From positions 8,680,001 to 8,744,000 of the forward strand of contig OZ176052.1 in NCBI GenBank assembly GCA_964247055.1: DNA of 64,000 bases, in the 5' to 3' direction. The notes beneath the pieces were generated by a model. That model ran no database searches, was not told the DNA's origin, and worked only from the letters and a program-made list of their open reading frames with translations. The stretch comes from Paragordius varius. Lineage: Eukaryota; Animalia; Nematomorpha. Shown one piece after another: positions 36,632 through 51,900 of the stretch. The translations under genes and the position numbers were made by a program. Numbering within the stretch: the stretch's first letter is position 1; every line of letters starts with the position of its first letter.

Positions 36632-39600
36632 ATGGACGCATTATTATCTGTATTTCGAGATCCAATTACCCAAAAGACTTATACACCGCTTCTGCACAAA
36701 CCCCTAAACAATAAATTCCCAATCTCTGCCAATGAGTGCCCGTCTACATATCCTCCCGGAGCATTCGATCTCCAAGGTACAATATGAATATCTATCTATA
36801 TTGTTTCTAAAATTTTATTTACATATTGCATGATACCAATTTTAGCAAAATTGATACTATTTGCATATATATATTAGTTAGCTATATAGGTAATATATTT
36901 TAAAGTAAATATCCGAAATTAGAAAAATTATATACATACTTTATATATATATATCCAATTATGCTTATACCTCTTTCCCGTACTCTATGTCTATGGATAT
37001 GAATCATACATACATATATATTGCATTTTTGGCAAAGTCTGCGCAAATGCTTTTAGAAAAAATTATTATTATTCAATTAATATTGATTTATGATATAAAA
37101 TAAAATCAATTATCCGTAAATGGTCAATATCATTATTTTTAAATATTTTTTTGTGTTATTTAGCTTAAGGATATTTATATGGTAATAGTCGTGTGTCCAA
37201 ATAAAAAAAGCACTTGGCGGTAGGTAAATATTTCTTTTTTAAGCCGATTTTTGACAATAATAGATTATGATAATACATAATTGGTAAAAAAGTGATGTCG
37301 AATAATTTTTTTATAAACTTAAGACTTGGTGATTATATGTTAAATATTTTTTAGGTAACATTAAATAATGATTCCATTCTATTAACATATAGGTGTAAAT
37401 TATTTAATATCAGTGATTTTTTATGAATTATACATTATGTAACGCATTAAAATATACAAAAAGCGTTTTTCATATGTAGTCGATAACAATACCCATAATT
37501 AGGCAAAATATTATCATTTTTAACTTTGAGAAGTTAGGATATGTTGTTTAATTAAAGTATATATATATTAAATATTTTGTTTAATTAAAGTATATTTTAT
37601 CGGAGCATTCAATTTTTTATGCGGAGCAATGATAAATTTAAAAAATGGCTGAAATTGCTTAGTTTTTACTTATATATGAGCTCCTCCGGATAAAATGTAC
37701 CCTTACCAAAAACTAAAAGAGATCCTGAAAATTAATTATTCAAGTTGAATGGTTGATTGAAGAAGTGGTATGCATGGGCTAATATCATGGCTTTACCTAA
37801 TTATTTATATTTAAAATAAAATATAATTTGTTAAAATAATTATGAAATGGTTGTAATTGAATGAATTCAAATTATATGTTAAAATTTAATGTTAATTTTT
37901 CAACAAGTTAAATTTAACAACATATAAACTATAATATATAATCTTATTGAATATCCGTTTTTTTTAAAACAGATGATACATAGTTATTTAACGCTGAACG
38001 TTATATTATGTTCAATAACTATTAAAATATTTTTTACATAATATGTGTTTAAAAATCATTACAATTTTAATTATCGTATATTTGATATTCTTCAACTATT
38101 TTTAGTAACATTTTGCGGCCAGTTTTTTATTAATATTTATATAGAAATGGCCTTTCATCAACATAAATTTTTCGTATATTATTTATTTGTTTGTGTGAGA
38201 TATTGATTAAATATATAACTTTTATTTCAAAATGTTTAAAAATTGGAGTTAATTACTGTCAATTTCGATGATGAAAATTAGTCTTAAAAGATATATATCA
38301 AAGATTTTTACCCGTTTTTATAAAGCTTTACTCAATACGAATGGGTTTTATTTAAATCAGGGGCGTCTAACACGCGACCCTTCAAAATATATCTGAAGCC
38401 CGCGAAAAATTTCAGATATAAATTACGGAATCTAAAAATTGACTTTAAACAATTTTACGAAATCTTTTTTCCGAATTTGGGCACTCAAGCTAGCAAAAAT
38501 TGATAATAAATTATATTTTTTACAGTTTTTTTGAATCTTATAAAATATTTGTTAATGCCCATATATTTTGCGAATGCGGCCCGACGGATTTTTCGATGTC
38601 AAGAAGCGGCCCGCGAAGCCATTTGTTTTGAACACCCCAGAGCCAACTGATTTTAATTTTAAACGATTAAAAGCCAAATGAAGTTTAATAAAGCCATAGC
38701 ACATTAAACTACGGCGAAACGTTATAAATATAGAGTTTTTCTGGTTTTTACCTATTTGTTTTAATAAAAGTTATAAAATTTACATATATTTGAAATTAAT
38801 GAAAAATTTTTTTGGAAGATTTTACAGCGTTAGTTTAACACTTCGATTCAAAATATACCCCAGACTAAATTTAAATTAAAATTTTTAAAAAACTACTAAA
38901 GAAAACGGTCCCAATTTAAATTTATGTATCAAGTATTTTTGAATAAAATTTTTTATATATTTCGGTTTATTAATGTTATATAAGTGCAAAATTTTGCCAT
39001 GGTTTCGATTGCTTTCATACATTTTAAAGTATTTGATTTTAAACAGGGCTGGGGTATCCAACTACCCCAATTTGAATCGGAGGACTAAAATGATAGTGTT
39101 GTATCCAAGTGTTAAAAGTAATAAAACGCATAAAATTTAGGAATAAAAATTATGACATGCGTATAAGATGGCTAAAATTTAAAATAAGCTTCATTTTTAT
39201 AAAATATAAATGCAAAAACTCTTAAATTCATATTTATTTTATATGAACGAAGAGGCGACAAAACGTATCATAAATATGGCATATAAACACTACCATATTG
39301 TGTCATCAAGGTCAACAAATTCAACAAAATTAAACGTATCATATTATGATTAAAAATAAATCTAAATTTTTTTTCTGTTTTAATTAAAAAAGGGTTTGGT
39401 GTGGCTTGTCGATATAAGGATTCATTCATTTCAATCAAAGTAGTACGGTTTCATCATCCATCTATTATTTTTAATTACATGCTATTCTAAAATATATTTT
39501 TTAGAGCCAATTTGGGTATACTATAATATTTTTATGCTTTTTAAGAAAAATACTCAAATTCGGGCGCTATTAGAAAAAAATCAAAAGCTTTTACTACTAT

Positions 39601-39943
39601 AATGGATGTAGTGGAATTAGGTATATCTTGTAAGAAAAACGCCTGAATGAGAAATTTTTAGTGTATTTGCGACATTTCAAAACACTTGATTTCTTCCGTA
39701 ATTGGAACTCTTTTGTCAAAAAATAATTGAAGAATATTTCTCTGTTTTTCCGCTCACCTCTAAAGTCTAACATTTTATGAATGTTGTTATTTAGATAATC
39801 GGCTTTTTGAAAAAAAATATAAGCAATCTGTTTTGTCCATATTCTTGGCGACTTGTTTTTTTCTTTAAATTATCATATAAATAAATTATTTTTATAAAAT
39901 CACTGTTAAGTGGTTATTAGTTATCACGTATTTATGAATAGTT

Positions 39944-39997
<54 letters not shown>

Positions 39998-42900
39998 AAT
40001 ATATATACAAAGCCATCTTCCAAAACCTACGAGAGTGGTAATGGGCAAGTTTAATATAGAGACGGTAAAAATATTTTTCAATTTACAATTGAAACTTTTT
40101 AAGTTTATACTTGGTCATAAATATTTTCGTTGCCTAGATTCGAATCTAACTCGTTATATATTCTTTCCATGACTGCGACCGCTCTTATATTAACATGCTT
40201 TTATCACCTGATATAAAATAAATCAAAGTAATGGTAAAAAACTTTAATTACGCGTATAAAAAATTAAATTAATATAATGATTGTTAATAAATTGTCACAT
40301 ATGTTCTATGATCAACTAAATTCAAAAGCTATGAGCCCGGTTATTATTTGTTCATAAACAAAACCCATTCCTTTTCCTATTATTTTTTGAACAATTGCAT
40401 AAAAATTACTATGATTTTTGTGTTTTAGAAATTGTGGATAGTTATGTTTTTTTGTTAATTTTGATATTCATAATGCCAGAACTAATTACATTAATTTTTA
40501 ATTTTTTTTTGCAGTTTTCTAATACATAATATCAAAAATTTATTAATGATATGGATTTCAAAAAATATTCAAAATAAATTTTTGGTAATTGTTGCAAATC
40601 TCTAGAGATATTGAATTGGCTGTCAAACTATATAACATTTTTTTTTAAATTTAAAATTTCATAAGTATTTTATCTTCATATTGCTTTAATTTAACTAATT
40701 TCAATCATTTTTTAAGTTTCTCAGATTCGTATATATGATATTTTTAAATACTATGTTTAGAGGTGAATATTACTCGAGGGAATCAAATTTGTTAGAAAAT
40801 GTTTTCTCTGCAAAATATGATTTTATATAATTTATATTTTTTGCCAATTTAGCTTTTAAAATTTTGGTAATTTTGATAAAGAAACTAACCAGCATGCATA
40901 GAAATTATAGTTGGGTCTCATACATTGCAAATTTGGGTAATAAACCCAATATTCATTAGTCTCAGCCTTGAAGGTTCTGAACTTAAATTATTTATGAATT
41001 ATATTTATCTTTTTTTAGTCAACAACATTTTTTCAAGTAAACGTAACATTTTTTTTAAACAAAGTGTTGCGTTTGGATGAAAAAATGCTCTGTTGGCTTG
41101 AAAAAATGTTGCGTTTTGATGAATTGCGTTTGCTTGTAAAAAAATGTTGCGTTTGGATGAAAAAATGCTCTGTTGGCTTGAAAAAATGTTGCGTTTTGAT
41201 GAATTGCGTTTGCTTGTAAAAAAATGTTGCGTTTGGATGAAAAAATGTTTCATTTGCTAGAAAAAGTGTTGCCTTTGTTTAAAAAAGTTGTCTTTTCTGG
41301 AAAAAATGTTGCGTTTTCTCAAAAAATATTGTTTTTGCTTGAAAAAATGTTGTCTTTACTTAAAAAATGTTGTCTTTGCTTGAAAAGTTGTTTTTGACTG
41401 AAAAATTTTTCCATGCACAAATAAAGCGATTATGTCTTAATTTAAGGGCATATCTGCTTATAAAAAATATATAGTGATAACTTAAACAAAAACAATCAAT
41501 TCTTGTTGCCGATTGGACAAAATATTTAAAAAAAATTCCCGTAAAATTATAAATATTATCTATATTATTTATAAGTATTTTAGTTTAACCGTTTTAAAAT
41601 CATCATTTTTAATTAGTATTATTTTAATTGAATATGTAGTTTCTGCTGTCCGCGTGACAAAAAAGGTGACATCTCTTTGGTCATTCCTTAAACAAACAAT
41701 TGTGTATCTAGTATTGTTATCATATAAATGTAACTATTAAAATCGAATAGCAAGCTGTATTAAACTGTTTTTATATCATATTTATTTCTATTATATTTTT
41801 ATTGTTCAAACGCCTCAGGCCTATTGTCCTGTTCTGAATAATATATATATATTATATTTAAAATATATTATGGAAAAAATATTGGCTATAGGTGTATTTT
41901 AATTGGTTAGTAGAGAAAAATGCTAATGCACCTTGGGTTATTTTCATATTCATCACCTATTTGAAAGCTTTTATAAACAATAAACCTCTATGGTTTGTAT
42001 TGACAATGTCTTTTGACAATTTTTAATTAAAAACTTTTGCCTTAATGCCTTTGCCTGTCTTCTCTGTGTAAGCTAATGATTTATAATTAATATAATAAAA
42101 TAAAAACTTATAAATATTAATCTTTCTTATGTTAATAATAAAAGAGTTTTCATTGTAATCAAAGGATTTTTTCCTATTTTTAATCTATCTTTGGTTAGAA
42201 CAGGTGTTTTTACATTTTAGTTATGTATGTTATCATATTTACGTTTTGTACTGTAATCCTAAATTTTGAACCTAAAAAATTCCCAAAAAGTGTTATTTTC
42301 ATTAATATTTATGAGCTGAAAATGTGGAACTGCCAAGCCGAAGTTATATTATAATATGGGATTTTTTCATCTCATTTTGTTAGTGTATATATAAAAATAT
42401 AATTTTCACTCTTTTTATGGTTTTTATAAGGCTTGAATTTCCCAAATATTTCAAGTTTAGAGTTAATTTACAAAGAGCATACCTCTATTAATAATTTTAT
42501 TTTGCAAAAAATTTACATTTATAACCTTATTTCTACCCTTGGCTTATCTGTTCTTTGTAATATAGATTGGATCTCAACATATTTCTATGAAGGGGAACGA
42601 TACAATTAAATAAATTAAGTAGTGACTTTAATACATATATAATTGCTTCCGTATTGTTCGTTTAATCAAATTAATGTTTTTTAGAGGTAATGATATATTT
42701 CAGGGTTTTTTCCCAAAAACATGCATGCCATTTAATCGTTTCCTTATTATAGATTCCTAAATGTCTTTAATGTAAATAATGTTAGATTCTTAATATTTTT
42801 TCCAACTTCTCTGTTATAATATAATCAATCAATCACGACCAATTATATATGAGATGTGCCTGTTCTTTCGTGATCTCAAAAATAAAATTATACTTGTAGT

Positions 42901-45900
42901 AAAAATTGATTTTATTAACTTTGTATGTTATGTAATGTGAAATCTTTTCTTCTAAAATCCTTGTAACCATTATGTCATATACTAGTATTTACAGAATAAT
43001 ATATACATATTTAATGTTAGGATGTCATGTCATAATCAATAAAAAAGTGATTTAGTAAAAGTTAATAAATGGATTCTTTCTTTCAAAGTTTTTCCAAAAC
43101 TTATAAATCTAAAAAAACCGTAAATCATTACTTACTGTTATTGTTGTTGAAATAATTAAATTAAATTGTTAATTAATTTGATGCTTGAAAATCATAACTA
43201 ATAAACACAAAGCATTAGTAATTTTTTTAGAATATTTGCGTGCACACAATGTCAATGGCGACAAAAACGTGCACATGAATTTTAACGAAAAAATTGGAAA
43301 AATATTAACTATTTATCAAATTAATCTATCTATAAATAATTGATTGAATTTGGGGATTTTACCATAACAAATTTCAAATAAAGTCATGAGGAAATAAACG
43401 CAAAAATACAAACAGCTGATTTGTTTTGTGTGCATAGGTACCCACTCATAATTACCTTTTTAAATACCTTTCTATAGTTGAGAATTTTTTTGACATTTAA
43501 ATTTTACCTTGGTTTTGGCAATGGTAATATAATATTTATACATTTACTACACAATTTTGTCATCACTAAATTATTTCATTGGCCCCATAGATCGAAATTT
43601 TCCGAATCCAGATACATGAGTTCTATAAAATATTTTTATGTTAACAACGAATTCGATATGCCATGTTTTTCACGAGTAATTCAAGCAATCATGGCAAAAA
43701 TTTAATATGAACCAAATTAAATCTCAAAAATTTTGACTGCTTCTCTACGCCCTCAAATGCCAGAATGCTGGAATCCTATATTTAAAAATTGATTTTTATT
43801 ATAAAATTTTATCTCTATCTACGATTAATTTTTTTATATTTTCAGAACCGTACTGCAACGCCACATTTGATTTGGTAATATGTTGGCCACCAACCAAACC
43901 AGGTGTCCTTATTATGCAATCATGTCCACCCCTTAAAGGAATTGATACCACGAGTAATTAATTTTCATTTCATAATTATTTTTACAACAAAGGTACATAA
44001 TAGGGAGAATCTAATGTATAATGGGTGCAATATGTCAAATAAACAATACAGTTTTATATATTGCTAGAAAATATAACCGAAGTCCTTGCTTTCAAAAAAA
44101 AATATTTTTCAAATGACTAAAAAGAAATTTTTTTAAAAAAATGTTAATACTTTTAAAGTTACAAGTGCTATTATATTATTATTTATAATTTTTTTGGATG
44201 TATGACACATGACTAAAATCTAATTTTATTTTATAGGCATTCAAGCATATTTTTAATTAAATATGAAGTTGTATTATAATGACTCACAAAATATCCAAAT
44301 TGAATCAAAAAATATCCACATACTCAGACATAATATACAATATAATAGAAATATAACTAAAATATACGGCGTTTCTGTTCATTATTTAGTATTTTCATGA
44401 AAATTTATTTTGTAAATCACAAATTCAATTATTTTAATTATACCTGTTTTATGTCACTTAAATTAGATTGTACCAATTTTAGAGAGTTATATACCCTGAT
44501 TAAGATACGTATATCAGCAAATATTATTTAGAGTTTTCCTTTAAATATATATGTATAAAACTTAGCAAATTAATTTCTAAGAGATTAAAGTTTTGGCACT
44601 ATCTGTGAATATGTAATGTAATTTTATGATCCCTTCAAGTTAATAAATATTAGTATATATATTAATTTTTATAAGTTATATATAGTCTCTTTGAAAGATT
44701 GTAAACACAAAATGATCATGATGGATTTAGATGTAAATTTAATGCTTCCCTACAAAAAACTGTTTAGAAACAAACATCTTTTTGTGGTCAACACATGGAA
44801 TGTCGTGTCTGACCCGTGTTTTTCTTCTTTTGACAGAATTAAGTCCTCTCTTCTCTCTCTCTAGCATTTAACAGTTTAAAAAATATAAATTGTTAACTGT
44901 GAGTGTTAACCTCTTACTTTTTTATGACTTAATAGCGGGAAAGATAAGAATAAGAATAAATATCGATTTTATACCACAATAAAAACCACCAATAAAACTT
45001 ATAAAAAACGAGACTGTGGTAGGTAGCTTGAGATAAAAAATGGTGACAGAAAAAAATAATTTGCATTTACAATTTTAATCTTTTTATTATATTTAACAAA
45101 TTAGGATTTAATTTTTCTTTAGTGGCTTGTAAATGCGCGTTAGGTTAGGGAATTGAGCAAAAAAAACAAAAATGAAATGGATAAAATTTGATGAACAGGA
45201 GTAGTTAGATTTTATACATGCATGTGCGTAATTTTTTGTCAAAAAAAATTTTTCACATAAATTATTTATTATTAGAACCAAAAAAAAAGATTTTGATATT
45301 GGGACAAAGGAGAAAAAACGTTTTAAATTATTATTATGCTAGCATATTATAATTATAATAATTGGTGTATGTAATGGATAACTTTTTGCATAATAATAAC
45401 TAAAAAAATGTATTAATATATAAATGGGACATTTATATGCAAATCTTTTAAACCGCGCGCGCGCTTCTAAAAATAGTTTTTTCGTTTTTTCGCGCTTGTA
45501 CAAGTGGTCAAACTTAACTACAAACAATTATTTATATGGTGGTGTTTTATAAATTATTATGCAAATGTGAAAAAGCCAAACGGATAAATATAATATGCAT
45601 TTTAATGGGTGCTTTTTTCACACCATAGTATAAATGTAAAAAATTATGAATGATATTAAATTAATAAAAATTAAACGCTGTTCAAATTGTTCTTATTACG
45701 TAAAATAGGAATCGATATTCGGTTTTAATACATTCTCAGGATTTTTGAATTAGACTTTTTAAAAAACCTAGATTATTATGCTTCATTTAATTTTAAATAG
45801 GATCGACAAATATTTGAATTATCTTTACAAATAAATATCATAAAAGTTTCATGTTTTGATTAAATTAGAAAAATGGTTTTATAAAATTAGCCGTTCTTTT

Positions 45901-48900
45901 AACATATAGCATTAAATATCATGGGAATCTGTTTACTTCTTAGAGCAAATTGAAAGCAGCATTGTTCGATTTTTTGAACACAAATTTTAAAACGCCATAT
46001 TGTTTAATTGATATTTTGATAGTCGAGCGATTTTTTGGAGACGATCTAAAAAAATGATAAATTTGGATGGAATTGTTATATTTGTCTCAATATGTAATAA
46101 TTATATATTCTATTTGCCTATTAATTAATATTGGATTAATCATTTGTTTTCATTGAAAACAGTAATCTATGAATCCCATATTTTTTTGAATCAGGGGATT
46201 ATTTAAAAGTTTTGAGTTATATTAAGGTAAACGGCTGAAACTAAAAATATTTTATTATTAATACATCTTAGTCAAAAAAAGATAATGATTAAAATAAGGG
46301 ATTAGTTTTTTAAAAAATTAATTAAAATTTTGATTTTACATAATAAAATAATGGGGAAAATTATATAATATTTAGCAAGAATTAGTTTTTTAATCAGGAC
46401 ATACATCTTTTTAATTTTATAAAAGCTATAAGCAAACCAAAAATTATGTGAAAAACTCCATTTTTATTGATAAAAATATATATATATATATATATGTATA
46501 TGTATATAGAATATGCATTTCGAAAATGTGATTTCAATGGAAGATGGTTAGAGAATGAAAACCTTCCCAGGGCTGGTGCTTCGAATGTCGGTTGGACCAA
46601 TTACACCATGTGTTTTAACCCATATGCCAGTGATTTGTACAATAAAATTAAACCACATATGGAAGTAAGTATAAATGATTGTTAAAAAGGCGGGTACAAG
46701 TGGCGTCGCTAAGGGGAGTTGAAGGGTCGCCGGATTTTAAATTTTTTAATTTTTAATTTAAAAAAATAGGTATCTAAAATTATCTTCAATAATTTGATTA
46801 TTTTTTTTAAATGCAAGGGGTGCATGGAAGGGGAGGGGGCGCCAGAAATGCAAGCTACGCCTCTGTATAACTCTCATAATACAAAGCTCGGCGCTATAAT
46901 TGAGAGATATGAAATTACTTTTTATAAAATAAACTTTTTAAAAAAAGTAAGATGTTATATCAACGATTTATGCATTAGACGCCACAAAGGCTTGTTAAAC
47001 GATTGATATAGTAAATTAAATTATAAAGGCAAACCTTAAAAATCAATTTTTTATATGGCAACTATATTTAAAGCTTGTTTTAGCAGAATAACCTATCATT
47101 TTGGGTTGCAAAAAGAAAAAAAGATGCAATCGTTAACTCATATTAGTACGTTTAAAAATTGAATGTATTTAGGTGTTATATAGAAAAAAGCAAGGTATAG
47201 AAAATTTGATTAACTTTATCAAAAAATTATCTTTTCCACGGTTTTTTATCTAAATATTATATAAAATTTTGTAATTTTTTAGATGATTTCAAGGGTCACA
47301 TTTTCCACGCGTATAATGGAAATGGTAGGCTTATGTTTGTCGCTCATATCATTAATCATTGCAATATTCATATTCTTTCATTTCAGGTAATTAATTATAG
47401 AATTTTTATTTAAAATATTATAACTACTAGATGGGTTTAATTTAGTTAAATTTGTTAAAAACAGAATTTTGTAATTCTTTGAACATTCATGATATATTAA
47501 GAGATAATTAAAATTTCAGAATTATAAACATATGGCCCCATAAACTAAGTTGTTTTTTTTGTCTTCTTATAATAATTATAACATCTGATAAATGTAAATT
47601 ACAGCTTAAATATTTTTCACATACATAAATAATATTATAATTACTTTTCGCTCTGTCGCGAAAAATTTATGCTAAATTTTAAATCATACTGTCAAAAATA
47701 AAAAAAAGGATCATTCAAAAAAATAATGAATAATTTATTAACAATTTGTGTGGCTTTCTTCTTTTTTGACTTTATGAATTCTTTGAAGAAGCAAAGATTT
47801 GTTTTGCCATTTCTGTTTTTGGTTTTTTTAATTAGTGAATAAAAATCCTTATTTATGGCTAAATTAGTGGGATTATTTTTATGTATTAAATGTAAAATGT
47901 TAATAAAAAAGGAGAATTAAGTAGTTACATTAGATGCGTGTGACCTTGCCAATTTGGATAATTATAAGAATTTTGTACTTATGCGCGTAATTATAAATCA
48001 TATGGCGATGGTGTCACTTTTACGCAAATGCATGAAAATGAAATCAAATTTTTATGGCTAAATTATAATCTATTTTGACATTTGAGATGAAATGGTTTAG
48101 TTTACTAAATAATTTACTGCGTCACCTTGATTACGTTATTTATTCATGATTAATAAATTTGAAATATTTTATCACTAAAAAGTTTAGATGATGATTTTTT
48201 TGAGAACTTGGGCTCAGAGCGGACTCATAAAAGATATAAAAGTGTTTAAGCTTGTTTTAATATAATATTTTGAATCTTTCAATTAAAGCTTGACCGTATA
48301 AATTTTATTTTGGAAAAATTACATTCATTTAAATAATACATAATATAAATTTATGGGCTTTGATATTTTATTTGATTGCTTAACAGTTCTGGGTGTATCT
48401 TTTAAACATCCGTAATTTAGATTGAAGAGGGGCGAATTTAAAGACTGACAATAATTAACTCTATTTTACAATATGATCAAACTTACCATTTTACCCTCAT
48501 AGAAAATTATTTTTCAATGAAAGTTTATTGTAAAAAAATGTTAAACTTGAATCTGACCCGGCGTGTTTGTGTACAATTGATTCGGATATATGCGGATTTA
48601 TGTGATAATCTTATTCTAGCCCAAAATACTTATCATTATTTTTTGGTTAAATTAATAATTTAGCGTTACCCAAACCATTGTTATCAGTTATTAAAATATT
48701 TTTTTTGTAATACATTAAAAAACTATATGGTTAGTTATTAATTCTCTATGACACTCTCATATTTAGGGGTACATAAACCTTAACATTTAAAGCAAGACAT
48801 AAATTTTTTCGATTTTATATACCAGGAGCTTGAGAAACGATCGCACCAAAATCCACCGAAACCTGTTCATAGCCATGATTATGCAAGTGCTCATAAGGCT

Positions 48901-51900
48901 AATTGTTTATTCAGATCAATATGCCACAAAATCGGTTAATCTTTCCGTCCAACCCAAACATGCCGGTCAGAAGGGAATAGATAATACTGTATATAAAAAC
49001 TTTTAATAAATATTTCAAATTATCAAAACTTAATGTACATAATATATATTTACTTGTCATCAGGAAATTTTATGTGAATCCTTTTACATCCTGATGGAAT
49101 ATGCAAAAACTGTACTGTTTATGTGGATGCTGGTCGAAGGTTATCAACTGCACAATGTCATTGTGGCATCAGTATTTGAATCGAAACCTAAAATGTGGAT
49201 GTTTAAATTAATTGGATGGGGTAAAAAATTGTTGAAATTATTTATAAATACAACTCTTTGAGAGAAACTGATTTTACTAAAACTCCTTCATTTCTATAAC
49301 AAATAGAGGGAATAAAATTATGCTTTTTTAGGTGTGCCGCTAATCTTGACGGGAACGTGGGCCGGTGTATATGCCCAAGTCAAGAATAAATCAAAGTATA
49401 TTATATTTTATGGTAATTATTATATATAAAAGAGTTTATTGATAACCAAAATAATTAAAATCATAACTCGTTTGATTGTGCGAAATCTTTGTGAAAATTA
49501 ATTTATATTAGTAATTCGTTGATATATAATATTTAATAGTTACGTTACTATTTTAAAATGATAGATGTTGGCATTTATATTCATTTTCTCCGTACTATTG
49601 GATCCTTGAAGGACCGCGCTTAGCAGTTATCATAGTATAATTTTAAAAATTAAACATTTCTTAATTTTTTTCTACATCTTACTTGATATATTTTTTATAG
49701 ATCAATCTTGCATTTTTGCTCAACATTATACGCGTTTTGGTTATGAAAATGAGGGATTCAAGATCACCAGAATCTCAACAATTAAAGTACGTATTAAAAA
49801 GAATGTTTAAAAAAACACGGATTAAAAATTTATTGCACACATATTATAGCAATGATAAATCAATATTTTTTACATATTTTTTATCATGGAAAAATCGACA
49901 CAAAGTTCATACAGTTTTTTATTTTGTGGTTATAATAAAAGAAGTGTATATAATTTATATGTATTTACACACATTAGAAAAGCTGTAAAAGCTGCAATCG
50001 TATTGCTACCCCTGTTAGGGATTACAAACAGTTTAAACATGATCCCAACTCCTTGGGGACAAGTGTCTTTTATCATTTGGACGTATGGAGCTTATTTCCT
50101 AATCTCTTTCCAAGGATTTTTCGTTTCACTCATCTATTGCTTTTGCAATCATGAGGTCATTGATACTGTCATAAATTTTTTTAATATTTATTCCCTTTTT
50201 TTGTATTTACATCATCTTTTAGCAACGTTTTAAGGAGAACATTTTTGTATATGAAAATAGGATATCTTTTATATACCCTAACTCAATATAATGATGACAA
50301 GAGGTTGATGTGAATGTATGGTTTTAATATCACAGTAGTTTATGAAATTGATTAAAATATAAGGTGTTTCGTTAAATCATGATGATGGATTAAAAAACTA
50401 TCGTTTGTAATACTTTAATAATTTCTTTGCTTGATAATACTATAATATAATGCTCCATAAGGTTACCTTTAGAAATCTATTTTTTTGCATATCAGGTAAG
50501 ACAAACCTTAAAAACAGCGTGGACCAGACGAACTTTGAACCCAGTCGTCAATAGTAAGCATTTTTAATTATAGATACTTCTGTTGGTATAAAACACTTAA
50601 AGCAATCATCCATAGATAAATTAGTCGTTTTCTTGTTTAATTTTAATAAAACTAATTTAGTAAAATAATTAATTATTATCTAAACAGCTAAAAAATATTT
50701 TTATATTTCTAATTTACATAGGAGGCAGTGATGCGAATCTTTTCTCCCGGCTATCAGTCTTTGTAAATATATTTTTTTAAGCATATTATCATTTATTTGC
50801 TTTTTGTGTAAATTGCATGGTCTGTGCGCGCTTCATTAAAAAATTAGTCTGCATGAGAATTCCAAAGCAAACGTAATCAAATTATTATGTTGAAATTTTG
50901 AAAGAATTAATTTATAAGGCTTAAATATGTTTGTTAATATATGTTGAAGTGTTACGTCAATTTACGCGCTTTAAAAATAACCAGGAAAGTTGTAATATTT
51001 TGTGACACCGGTTTGAATACCGATTTGAACGTGCATAACATTTATAACCATTATGGCCCTTTAATATTATAAAAGCGAACATTTTTAAATTGAACTATTT
51101 AAAAAAAATAACTTCAATAGCAATAATATTAAAATGTTTCTATTTCAAATTTGACCATTTTTATCACATATTTGACTGGTTATTATTTCAAGTGGTCACA
51201 GTAACCAAAATGCCTAAATAACCGGAATGCATTCTGTTCTTAAGAAGAAATAACAAATTATAATTTAAAAATTTTTTATAACAAGTGTCACTTCATGAAA
51301 ATCAACTTATTAATGTAAACTAATAAATAACTGTGTAGGATTTTTTTTCACAAGATAGCTTATAATCAGCTAATTCATCTGTTAAAATAATTTTGGTTGA
51401 CCCCTACATTTTGAAATAGTGAGAAATATATTAGGCAAAAAGCGAAAATTAAGGATAATTGGATGAATAAAAAAATAATGATAAAATTTGTAAAATTCAT
51501 TATTTTATCAGATAATTACAATTTATAAATAGCCTAAAATCATAAAGTTGGGGTTTTTATTAATACTCATCTAAACATCGTATTTAACATAGTTAATACA
51601 CAATTAAAATGTAATAAAACTATATTAAAATAATATTTTTAATTATTTTCTTGTTATACTAACTATTAAAATCTTAGCATTCATATTTTATTTATCAAAA
51701 TAAAATTAATATATCGTTTTTTACCTTTTCATTTTTTTGGTTTATGAGTGTATAATAAATTTACTGTAATGATTTGGAATCTTACATGAGTCGGAATTTT
51801 AAAGTATATAAATTAACAAAATAGGATTTACAAGTGTTGAATGTCAACCAATTCGTACAAAAACACGATGTTTTGATCTAATTTTCAATAAACCCCTAAT

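Noticed and set aside
41005-41253. 82-aa minus-strand ORF
   Set aside because: It is a by-product of the minisatellite.
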